Assembly: GCF_002571385.2 (NCBI RefSeq)
Contig: NW_019218178.1
Span: 212,146 to 276,145, forward strand
Reading direction: 5' to 3'
DNA: 64,000 nt
From: Stylophora pistillata
Lineage: Eukaryota
In this document: positions 1-12,400 of the stretch, in pieces
Position numbering within the stretch: the stretch's first letter is position 1
How the letters are laid out: the number at the start of each line of letters is the position of its first letter
Position numbers and translations under genes: made by a program
Notes under the pieces: generated by a model
Databases searched by the model: none
Told to the model about the DNA's origin: nothing
The model's input: only the letters and a program-made list of their open reading frames with translations

Positions 1-235
1 GGGGGTTGGCTTATTAGAGGGGGGTTGGCTTATTAGAGGGGGGTTCGCTTATTAGAGGGGGGTTGGCTTATTAGAGGGGGTTGGCTTATTAGAGGGGGGT
101 TGGCTTATTAGAGGGGGGTTGGCTTATTAGAGGGGGTTGGCTTATTAGAGGGGGGTTGGCTTATTAGAGGGGGGTTCGCTTATTAGAGGGGGGTTGGCTT
201 ATTAGAGGGGGTGGCTTAATAGAGGATTTACGGTA
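1..235. repeat. G-rich 19-20 bp tandem repeat (GGGGG(G)TTGGCTTATTAGA)n ending in a MITE-like terminus GAGGATTTACGGTA
   Basis: About 11 units are visible. The array ends in ...TTTACGGTA, the reverse complement of the TACCGTAAA terminus at 15385, so it is probably an expanded subterminal repeat of a MITE. Confidence 0.85.
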
Positions 236-417
236 GTTGTTATGTAGTGGTACCAATGTCTGGGAATCTGGAGTCATCTGGAGTATAGAATTCAAAGTGC
301 TGGGGCTTAATTCTTAATGGGGACATCAGAATTGTTGTTTGTCCCATAATCATGACAGGACCAATAATATCTGTCATCAACTTTTAACGTCTCAAATTTA
401 TTCTTAAATATCAACAG

Positions 418-3400
418 GTGTTTGATTTACTTTGGTGCCTGGTTTGTCATGACATCTGGTTTGTTTGGGAGCGATCTCAATTCCTTCAACAGGCTGAAGG
501 ACAAACGCTGACGTCCAAACCTTTCTCGGTAAGGAACACATAAGAATTAGACTCAAACAAGGGCGGGATATTTCAACCAACAGTTTGTAATTTCAGAAAT
601 GATTTCATAGCAGGATGCACTAGAAATTCTATGTAGATTTGTACATGGAAGTAGTCTTGTTTTATCTCATCTGGTCTTTTATGTGACTTTGATATTTATT
701 TCTTTGATAATTGTTATTTTTCCGTCTGATCTTCAGCATGGAGAATAGTTTTGTGGATAACTATTGCCAGAAATAATGACTTGTAGTAGTGGAAATAAGG
801 CCTGAAAAAATTCAGGCCAGTATGGGATTTGAACCCATGGCCTCCCTGAGCACTGCACTGCACTGCACTGCACTGGTATCGCAGAGGTCATGAGCTCAAA
901 TCCTGTATGAGCCTGAATTTTTTTCAGGCCTTATTTCCACTGCTACATAAGTAGGGTTCTTTACTGCAAGGATCACTTTTATACAAAACTCAAAGTGTGT
1001 TTAACAACACAGCTTCTAGATGTGTTCTAGCTTTGGTGTGGATACAGTATTTGTTATCAAATGTATGATAATGTTCCTCATAGTTTCAAATTATTTGTTG
1101 TATTACTGACAGTGTCTATAATATTTATTTGTTATTTATTCAAAGTGGACTCCTCCGCCTCCGCCACCCAAAACTTCTGCCGTCAAGACAAAGAAATCCA
1201 TGCTGTCAGGATTTGGATCCAAATCCCTGACTCAGACACCAATAACCTCACCTGAGGTAAGGAAGATGCTGGATTGAAATATAAGGCAACAAAACCTTTT
1301 TAATATGTGACATGCATCATTATAAGTAACTACAGTAATAGTCAAACCTCCATTATCCAGATTTCTTGATTATCCAGCCTCTTTTTCTGGTCCCAATTTT
1401 TTTGTGAATATTTATTAGTCATTATCAAGATCTAGCCATATCCTTTTGTAAAACTACAGCATTGGAAAAGTGAAGTAAAGGCGATGTTTTTCTTCCTAAC
1501 AAACTGACTTACTTCAACAATTTAGCCAATGTAAAAACATTTATCATTGATTTTAATTGTTAATGCACACGTGTAGAGGTATTCACATAGTACAGTGAAG
1601 ATGTAGACCACATCTTTTTCAAAACGATTTGTAAATGTTTTGTTTCAGGATTAAATGTCACTTTCTTAATTTGATCAGTTTTTGTTCTTCATTAATATTC
1701 ATATTCTTGATTATCCGGACTATTTTGTCTAGTCTCAATGTGTCCGGATAATTGAGGTTTGACCATAAGTAACATTACTACTATGTTAGTATCGTAGCAA
1801 CTACTCACCTACCCCCTCCGAACCCAACATTAACCCTTACTTGGGAGGGGTGACTGTGCATTTGCTCAGATACTGACATGAAACCTTACTTACCAATATA
1901 ACTTACAGTCATGTATTATTATAAAGAAACATGACTGAAAACTATAGCTTCATCAGAATCACCAGTTTCTCTTCTTATAACAGGTGCCTTCTCCAAGTCC
2001 AACAAATACAGCGTAAGTTGTTTAAAGTGCCTATGAAACTTAATTTTTTTTATTCTACATCAAAATATAATGACTCTTAATTATGTTTTCACAACATTTG
2101 TGGTATTTTGCCCTTCTCTGAATTTTTCATCAAGCTCTATAATCAGCGGATAAAATGTCTGGCCGAGGGGCTGGGACTGGGCACCATGACGTTACAGTAG
2201 GAATCTTGTGGAGAGAAATATTCTTCATCAAGTCAGGGGTATTCGAAAAACCCCAAACTACACATCAAAATGGCATTTTTTGGCTAAAAAGATTGTAAAC
2301 AGTAGCTTCCACACTCACTTTGCTTCTTTGATAAACTTGGTGTTACTACAGTTACGTCATGGGTTCCAGTACTCTGTAATGCGGCCAAAGAGATATGGGG
2401 AGCCTAAGTTCGATACAACTTTGGACTTTTATCGCCTTGTAAAATAACAAAGATGCATCAGAATCACTCACAAATCTTACCAGACACCCTCTACGTACTT
2501 CTATTTTTATAATTTAATGCCAAAAAGACAGGTGTCATAGGGACTTTAAGTTGTTGTGTTTTAAATGGGCAAGACACCTTACTCTCACCAAGTCCCTCTC
2601 CACCTTGCAGTGTAAATGGGTACCAGAAAACTGTCAATGGAAGTAAACCTAAAAAAATTCAGGAGGTGGAGGTGGGGGGGGGGGTGTCTCTGTGAGAGTG
2701 CGATGGGTAAGCTTACTATCCAGAGGGAATTGTTAAATTCCTGTTTACCTTGTGCCTCAGAAAGGGGGTAAACTCTTCTAGTTATGGACTAATTAACCTG
2801 TAAATCTAAACCTTCACCACTCACCCCCCCCCCTCCCTGCTCTCTTTATTGACTACTACTCTGGTCCCCCAGTTGTTGGAAGGCTGGATAATGCTATGCA
2901 CTGGATTTATCTCTATCTGCTGGATAGCGCAGTACATTTTGCAGTTCCTTATCCACTGGATAGTGATTTATCTGTTTGATAGCATTATCTGCCCTCTATA
3001 CAACTGGGCCCTGGTATACAAATTGAAAATGAACCTCTATGGTTAGCCCTGACTGTTACAAAAAAAAAAATCCACCAGTATTAGTTTGTACATGCTGACC
3101 ATGTATGCAATTATGCAAGGCATAAGCTGATGTGTATATTGCAATCCTATAATAATGAAATAAGCTTGAAATTAAGATACAATTTACAAGTCAGAATGAC
3201 TATGATAATTTTTCTGCTTTCTTACTCTTACAGGAGATCAGATGACATGGTTAGTAGACGCCACAAGTCAAGAAATTATCCTTCTCCAGAATACTGCATC
3301 TTGGATATGGTGAACGCCCACCTTAAAATGAACAGAGAGGGACGCAAACTCACAAGAGGTGTTTTGGTAGGCATAAGTCCAAGAATATGTCGCTTTGACA

Positions 3401-6400
3401 AATGAAAATCTTTGAGAATAGATCTTTTTTGTACATGCACAACCTTGATTCTTGGTTTAATGAACACAAGGAATCGATAATGTGTGCTTATATTTACGTG
3501 ATTTGAGGGAGCCACAATCCTTTGGTTGAAAAAAAAAAAGAAGAGAAATAGTAAATTTATGATTCACTAACAAATAAGTGCAAAGCATCGCACCATTCAG
3601 TCCTCAGGTTTAACATCAGCAAAACTCTCCTGAGATACAGTCAGTGTTACTTACATACGCAATAGTGAAAGTTTTCAACATGGAGAAAAGATTAATCATG
3701 AGATGAAAGGGATTACTGTGTAGATATTCTATTATCTATACTGTAAGTTAGAGTAATAGCTGATTACTCTTTATAGCCAATTTTTATTTAGCTGCAAGGT
3801 CATTCCTATTTAGACTAACTTAGTATGTTGTCTCCACAGAGTTTGAGTGACCTTACAGACAGCAGGTATGAATTGTTAACTAGAAAGGGAAATCAAATGA
3901 AAAAGCAAACAAACACAATTCGGCTGGACTGATAGATAGACTCGTCTGACAGATCAACTGACACAGATGGATGTATGATTAGTTTACAGGCAGATGAATG
4001 GATGTGGGACAGACTGACAGACAGACCTTCAGACAGAAAGACAGAAATGCACACTGACAGACAGACAAACAGACAGACTACCAGACTGAGAGACAGATAT
4101 ACAGTCACGCCAACAGACAGACAGACAGAGTCAGGCCAACAGACAGCATGGCCAGCAGACAGTGAGGCCAACAGACAGACAGACAAACAGACAGACTACC
4201 ACAACAGATAGTAAAGGCTAAAAAACAGACAGACAGACAAACAGACAGGTAGACAAACCAACAGGCAGACAGACAGACAGTTGGACTGACAGATAGCTAG
4301 GCAAATAAACACACCAACAGATGTTTGGGTTAGTTTTCATCAAATAGTCGTAAATGTTATGAAAATGTTTTTATATTCTTGATCAATCGTATCGCTAAAT
4401 TTGTTAACTTAACTTCATTAAGAACTCTTCTTTTTATTCCTCAGGGTCCTCTGTGCTCTCGTGAACTCATTTGTTCCAGAGACCTTCACAACAGAAGTCT
4501 TACTAAACGACCGGTGAGCTTTCGATATCTTTTGGGTTGATCGAATCATTGAATGGGTAACTGATTTACCCTCAGATTTGAAAGGGGCTTTAGATGTAAA
4601 AAAAATTGTTTGTGCAATTTCCATTTCTGACCATCACAGCACCAAAAATCCAAACCAGCTAGACTGCAACACAAGGTAAAGCAACGCATCAGCCATAAAT
4701 TTAGGATAGGTTTTTTTCTTGACGACTAGTTCGAACTCTTCTACTTACACGTTATTGCCAGTGGTTTCTAAATGTTACAAACATAATGCATTAAGAACAG
4801 AACAACAACTGTAATTAGAACATTGGCCTCCTCTTCAGTTGTGTGTAGTATGTGTGTGAATTCTCTGCTGTCTGGGTTATTAACACAACGGCAGACTGGG
4901 ATCCCGTTTTCCTTACAATATCAGTACGATATCAAGCAGACAAGTGAGGAGAATATAAGAAAAATAATAATAATAACAAAAAGGGATTATAAGTTGGCCA
5001 GATACTAAACTCTCCAAATTAACGTCATAAGAATTGTATAGCAGACAGAAAGGAGCATTCCTAATAAAATCTTGTAGAAGCCGGGATGGAGAACATTCTG
5101 ATGAAATAAAGACAGTCATTCCGGACTGCTTTGGTTTAGCTTCACTTTGCTTTGTGATTGGTTCAGAAACCTCGCGCCACTCTCTCAACCTATCAGATTC
5201 CAATGATAACCAATAGCGACTTAGTAACCCCACGTTTTCCCGCGCTTTAAACAGTTTGCTCGTCATAGAGCATTGTGAGAGTCAGCGGTATGGGTTACTT
5301 TGCTTACGTGCAAAAATGACGTTGTTCTCTGACCAATTTTTTTTTTCTTTTTTTCTTTTTTTCAGGTGGACAATAAACCTTGCGTTGAGGACAGCAGATC
5401 AGATGTTTAAATCTTCAAATCCCTTTGATTCTCAAGACTTGGTTGAGGTGAATTAAGCCCGAGATTTTGGCAGTAATCTGATTTTAGCAACGTATCTACA
5501 TAGATGTAACAGGGCGAAGCTTCCAGAAAATAGTTTAAACCGGAACAGATACTGTTTGCTGTTAAGTATCTGGACATATTTTCGAGCTAAATAGGTTATT
5601 TTTATGAATTCCCTTCTCCTTCAGAAATTGATAAATTTATGAACGAATTTTCCATTTTCTTTTTGCCACCTTTAACGGGTTTTCACACGTAATCAGCTAT
5701 ATATGTACCTCTATCTCAGTGAATAATCTGCTTCCTACTTTCAGGGTGACATCATGTCTGTGTGCTGTTATTTTGGGTTTTTCTTCATGAGTGGATACAG
5801 ATATCGACAAACCAGAGCAGTACTTAAGAGACTGGTAAGTTGTCTTAATCTGTAGCGCCTCTGTTGATGCTGAGAAAGATGTTTTTGAAAGCGGTGTCGC
5901 CGAATGGCCGAGTGGCCGAGTGGCTGAGTGGCCGATTGGCCAAGCTGCTGAGTGGCCGAGTGGCCGAGTGGCCGAGTGGCCGATTTCAACAGATCTTTCG
6001 GATTTCGGACTACTTTTTGCCTCTTCTAATCTGTTTCGATGCTATGATCTTGAATATTGCAGGATGAATTGAATGTCTTGAAAATTGGGATTAAAGACGA
6101 AATGGAACAGTTTCCATCTCTTATTACCAATGCAAAGGATCTAAAGAGAAAGAAAGAATTGGAGAATCTTAGATCAGTGTACGATGAAGGTAAGGTTCGC
6201 TTTCTTGTTATGAGAAATCCAACGGAACTTTAGCTTGCTTAATACTATTACTAAGTCCTGTATTGGAGCAAATTGTTTTTTGAAAAGTCGTAAGTAATCT
6301 TAGGTAGTTGCCGAGAAGCATAACTTCGCCCGTGTACTCGCTTAGTTTAGCATCTGTCGTATGTTATCGTAGCGCAAAGCGCTATTACGGGGAGAGTTTG

Positions 6401-9400
6401 TTAGTCATAAAGTTAGTGTTAACATGCGATCGTAGATTTTTCAGAAATCCAGTTTTTAGAGCAAAATTATGACATTGCTAAATGTAATGTTTGGATAAGA
6501 CAAGTAGTGGAGATACAAAATAAGGTTAGTGATCCAAATTACGTTTTTGTGCTTTACTCGCCTGATTTTTTAGGCTTTGAATCAGAATTATTTTGCTTAT
6601 TAAACCAAATTCCAGGATTCATGGTCCTAAATTTAACTATCGTTTTGTTTTTGACAGTGTCGAACACTAGTAGCAGAAAAAATTGTTCAAAGGTTTGATG
6701 TTGTTAAGGTGCCAAGGTAAGTTTCATACTTATACCTGATTGTCACAGTAGAGCGTCAGAATGTTATGCCATAAACAGAATTTTTGCCTTTTACAAAGAC
6801 ATACAGCGTGCCTTACAACGTAGAACAANNNNNNNNNNACGCTCGTGCCTTAAACGCTCGTGCCTCATACGCTCGTGCCTCATACGCTCGTGCTTCATAC
6901 GCTCGTGCTGATGCATTAACGATGGGAACCTAGCACACACTAGCTGAGCAGCTAATCACTTGATTTAAACTTACTAACTGATTTACCTATTAACTCAATG
7001 GCTTCCTGAATGGTAATGATTCACTATAGCTAGTTGTTTGATCGATTTGCTCCGACAGGTGGCCTTCTTTAATGCAGACAAGGACTTCATCAAGTCTAAG
7101 GAGCATGGCTCTGGTAATACAGCTCTGCACATGGCTTGTAGACACGGACATTTTGTAAGTATGGCTGTTAACTATTGCAGAACTTTTCCATTCCTCTTTG
7201 TACAGCAGTTGCTGGTAGCTGCTCCTTTCCCATGGAACAAGCTGCCAAGGTCCGCGCGCGAAGCAACAAACTTAGAATCTTTTAAGATTTTACTTAAGAC
7301 ACTTTTATTTAGGAATCATTTCAGTTATCTTAGTATATCTATATTTTTATTTGTAATTATCTTTCACTAATTTAATGTAAATAAGTATATATAGTTTATG
7401 ATTTTTTACAAAGAATTGTATAATTTTAGTTATTCATTACTGTTGTGATGCGCTTTTGAATATTTTATAGAAAAGGCGCAATACAAATAATAAATGTTAT
7501 TGTTATTGTTATTATTGCTAAGCCCCTGGAACTCTCAAATTATTTTGCGGAACCACTGACAGTCACAATCCAAGTTCGATTATTTAATTTAGACCAGTAG
7601 TAATTTAAATTGCAAAGTGAAACCAACAAGATAGTAGTAGAAGAGCGATTCATATTAAACTGTTACGTTGCTCTACGTTTATTTGCCATTTCCGTTTTCT
7701 TTGAAATAAATGGCTTGCAGGACATTGTGTTATATTTGTTGGAAAATGGAGCAGACATTGATATGTTGAACAATCACCACAATACGCCCTTCTTCCTCGC
7801 CACCGAAAGCTTACAAAAAGAGATTTGCCAGGTAAGGAACAATGATTTTATTTTGTTGTCCTACTTTTTCGACTGACGGACTGCTTGGCTGAATGACTGA
7901 CTTACTGACTGGACAACGAATTGGAAGATCCAAAAACTGGTTGACTACCTGACTGTATGGCTAAGCGAATTTTTTTATTTAATTTTTTTTTATTTTTTGA
8001 TGGACAGCTTCTTATCGAATGGGGTGCCGACGTGATGAAGCGAAACAAAAGCAGCAAAACGGCGTTTGACCTGATGCGTCATTATGAACTCAAGAAATTC
8101 TTGGAAGGTAAAATATTACATCTGACACCAGCTCTTAACGTTTTTTAATCACGTGGTAAGATTAGATTATTCCGCTCATTCGGCTTGTAAATTGACAGTG
8201 CAAAGCAACACCTCCTAACAAAATACATAGAACAAGGCATATGGAATTGATTGTATTCCGTTAGTATTATTTACTCTTTTCACCCTCGAATCAGTACACA
8301 TATTGTCCATACTGTTCTCTATACATTTCCTAAGGTGCTGACAAGGAGAATTTGTTCAACAATCAAGAGCTTTTTTTAGTTGATGGTCATTTTTCCTTTA
8401 TTTCTCGTGACTTTATTACTGCTCGTCATTTTTTTTTTTCGCTAGCCAAGTATAAAGAATGGCAAGAGCTTGTCCCCAAGTTGATATCCGGAGACATCAA
8501 GAAACTAACTGCTGTGATAAACGCTCATCACAGAAGAGAAAAAACTATGGCAAGTCTCAAAAGCAGGTGATAGTGAGAGTCGTTTTCCTGTTGGTAGTAT
8601 TTTGTTTATTTCATGACTGGAGCGGCTCTCGTCACCAATGCATAGTAGTAACATCGGTCGTAAAATATTTTAAAAAATCAGACGGCAACTTTTAGAATAT
8701 ACATATCAGCAGTTATAGGCAGTTTTCCTCATGGCGGGGTGGGCCGGGGGTCTGTAACAACATTTTACAGGCATTTTGGGGACATGCCAATTATTGTGGG
8801 GGGGGGGGATAGTTAACATGCAGCCGGACACTTCCTTCCTGCCTTTCCCCTAGCTACGTTCTGTTTCATTAACTGTGATAAGGGGAACAACAAGTTGCTC
8901 GTTTCAGCTCCCGGACTTCTTGAGGACGGGGCTGCCCAATAAGAAGCGTAAACACAAGTTAATGCGAATATCCACAAGCGCAAAAAAATGGGCCAAGAAG
9001 CTGAGACTTCAAATGAAAAAATACACGGCGGTTCTTTTGTTATTCATCATGATTTCTTTTTACTCCCGCCAGGTGTGTCAGTGGTAGCACTCTACTCCAT
9101 ACTGCGTCCTTCTTTGGAGCAATCCCGGTTATCAAGGTACTCGTGGTGACAGAATGGTTACTTACTCAAATACTTTCTCATTTATGCTCATCGACAGTAA
9201 TAATTGTTATTATATATTTCTCGTTCCCAGACCTTGCTCTCAGAAGGAGTTGATGTCAATACTTTGGACTACAAAGGAGCCACGCCCCTGCACAGGGCCA
9301 AAGATGCGGCCACCGTGGAGGTATGAGTCTTTAAGACAAGTTGTTTTTTAAGGCTGGATTTCATTCATGTCGAAGTCAGAATCTTTATCAAAAGAGCAGA

Positions 9401-12400
9401 GCACCACAATCCGGTGAAAATGAAGCCGAAGCAGTTGTAAACCATCGGATGACCTGAGAACTAGCATTGTGATTGGTCGGTTATTCTGCCTCTGCTTGCG
9501 ATCCGACAGTTTAGTCCTCACTAGGTAATAATTGGCGGAGTTATAGCGGAGCTGGCAGCGCGCGCGGAGCGCGGCCCCATATCAATGATAAACGGAATTG
9601 GAATTGTTCATTACGTCATAGGCCCTCCTACAACGCCGGCTACGAGTCATACTCCAATGTCGACTCCGACTTCGTTGCTTATGGAAACCAACTTTTATCC
9701 TAAATTGAAATTTTTATGATCCTTTTTTAAATCCTGTCGCAGATGTTGAATTAAGAAACAGGTTGGTGTAGCTTCATTGCATTTTTATTCATTTAGTTTT
9801 TCGTCTGGTTGATTATTCCCGTCCCTTTTGATTTCGTAGCTTCTCCTCGAGGCAGGCTCAAACATCGACAGTGAAGATCATGATGGCAACACTCCATTGC
9901 ATGTCAAATGTTACGGTGAAAGTGGAGAGCCAACTGACTTAGAATGCATTGAAAAAATGGTGAGTCAAATCTTGATGATAGGAATCATTCAAATTTTGGG
10001 CTGTGGTGATACTTCCAATCAATAATGATGTAGATTTGGATCCATTAGAGACAGGCGTTGCAGTCACCCGCGTCCCTTTCTTTATTCTCAGAAACGTTCA
10101 ACTTGACTGGTTCTTGTTCTTTTAGCAACAACGTGTTAGCTTTTCATCTCGGCGTCTTTATCTGTATATTTTTTTACTCTCTATTTTGTTTAGCTGATGA
10201 AAAAAGCTCCTCTCAATATCAGAAATAATCGAGTAAGTACGAGAAATGATTTTGTTCATTAACTATGTTGCTTTTTTTTCTCTTTTTTTGTCGTAACAAA
10301 CCTTGGATTCCTTCCCCGTCTCCCCCCGTCGTCGTCTCTGTCCCCCATCCCCATTCCCCATTCCCCATTCCCGTTCCCCATTCCCGTTCCCCATTCCCGT
10401 TCCCCATTCCCGTTCCCCATTCCCGTTCCCCATTTCCGTTCCCCATTCCCGTTCCCCATTCCCGTTCCCCGTTCCCGTTCCCCATTCCCGTTCCCCATTG
10501 CCGTTCCCCATCCCCGTTCCCCATTCCCGTTCCCCATTCCCGTTCCCCATTCCCGTTCCCCATTCCCGTTCCCCATTCCCGTTCCCCATTCCCGTTCCCC
10601 ATTCCCGTTCCCCATTCCCGTTCCCCATTCCCGTTCCCCATTCCCGTTCCCCATTCNTTGAAATTTTATGTAATTTATCAGGATTTGATGCCTATTCACT
10701 GCTGTGCGATGCAAGGACGGATAGACGCCATTCAGGCTTTGCTCTTCTTCGACACAGAAGGAATCATTAGGCAAAACTTGGAGATGGAAGGCGAGGTATT
10801 ATGTCATTAAACCGTACAAACCTTACATCATCCATTTACTGATGGATTTCGTAAGATGTAACTGTTTACAAACGGGTCAGTTGTCATGAAATATTCATCT
10901 TCCACGTTTCGGATAGTCATAAACCCTACGACTTCATCAGCTATTTTTTTTAATGCAACTTTCTGCCCTCTGAGTTAATTTGGGTGTATAAAAACTATTT
11001 TCTTCTTTAGCTACTGCTTTGCCAAATCCTTGGGTTCGATCAGCTCTCATGAATTAGGTTCACGGACTCCGAAATTTCTGGATAGGAGTTGATTTTAAAA
11101 CTTTATGTATAAAACTATTTTGTTCCTTTTTCATTTCAGAAAACTCCACCCAGTCTTCTTCATTTGTCTGTGGCTAATGACTTTCTAGATTGTGCAAAAT
11201 GGTGAGTTGCCAGAAATTGTTCCTCTCTGCTGATACCTTTGTACTGATGTTGGCTCCTTGCTGTTGACCTTCACCATCTAATGAACAAATTACGCAGACC
11301 ATTTTTCAAGCGCGCGGTTGAACATTATCTCGTCTTTTTTACCTGTAATACATTTCCCACAGCTTTTCACCAGTTATAAAATGTCCTATACTTTTCGTGT
11401 TGTGCACATTTCCTCCCCTTTTTTCATCTGTTACACATTTTCCCGCGCTTCTCACGATTTGTATGTTCTTTTCACCTGTTACACGTTTCCCCATGCTATT
11501 CACAAGGTGCACGTTCTCACTTTTCACCTTTCACAAACTTGAACTCTCCCGCGCGCGTTTTTTCACCAGTTGCACGTTTTCCACGTTGTCTTGTGTTGCA
11601 AAATTACAATTGCCTATTCTTCACACCAGTTGCATGAACTTCAGTCTGAGTACCTGCTAGGCCTGAAAGCTGATTTTGGTTTCTTGTCGCAAATAGGTCA
11701 CAGAACACTTTTGTGTCTTTCTTTTAGGCTAGCAGAAAACAACTTCGAATTCAAGGACAAAGAAACAGATTTACTCGTGCATAAGATTCTACTTGAAGAA
11801 GTTCCTTGGTAAGACTTTTTTGATACAGCATCCAATGTAAAATGTTTCACCTTGACCCACGAACGAGTTCTCTGTGGACCAGTGGAAGCGTTGTATCTTT
11901 CACAACTGTTGTCTGATATTGTAACACAACGTACGTGCGTGCCGTGACTGGTGGTTGCGGTTGAAATCTCCACCAGGACTCAGAGTTATGATTTGATTTC
12001 TAAGCTTAAGTGTCGTGTGACAATTGATTTAAAAAAAAAACTGTGTTTCACGAGCTAGCAAAAATTTTCACGAACTCTAAGGCTTCGTGTGGGTTGGTTA
12101 TGTTGATTTTTTTTTTTTTTATTTTTTTTTATTTTTTTTATGTAGTGGTAATCGTGTGGCAACCGTCAGGTTTCTCCTCGAAAATGGTGCTTCCGTGAAT
12201 CCTACATACCCCGGAGGAAATACGTAAGCCTTTGATTGTTGTGAGTATTCTTTGTTAATCTCACTTTTAAATGGATTAGATTAAAATTCTGTGCGCTATC
12301 GTCCTACAGAGCTCTTCACCTGACTGCTGGCCTGTCGAACGCTTCAGATCTGTTAGAGCTGTTATTGTCATTTGATGCCGATGTTGATGCCCTGAGCGAT

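Noticed and set aside
1-220. Telomeric repeat or CRISPR array
   Set aside because: The unit is not TTAGGG, there are no unique spacers, the context is a eukaryotic intron, and it ends in a MITE terminus.
1146-1175. Functional pairing of the polyproline motif in gene 1 with the neighbouring NCK SH3 domains
   Set aside because: Gene adjacency in animals does not imply interaction, and nothing beyond proximity supports it.
7155-7370. Coding extension of the ankyrin exon (ORF 7038..7370)
   Set aside because: The exon ends at the GTAAGT donor at 7155. The rest is intron containing a LINE fragment that happens to be in frame.
10219-10810. Five overlapping 120-180 aa ORFs (GMGNGNGEREW / PFPIPVPHSRS)
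   Set aside because: They are translations of a stop-free 13-bp minisatellite. Only 10682-10795 is a real exon.
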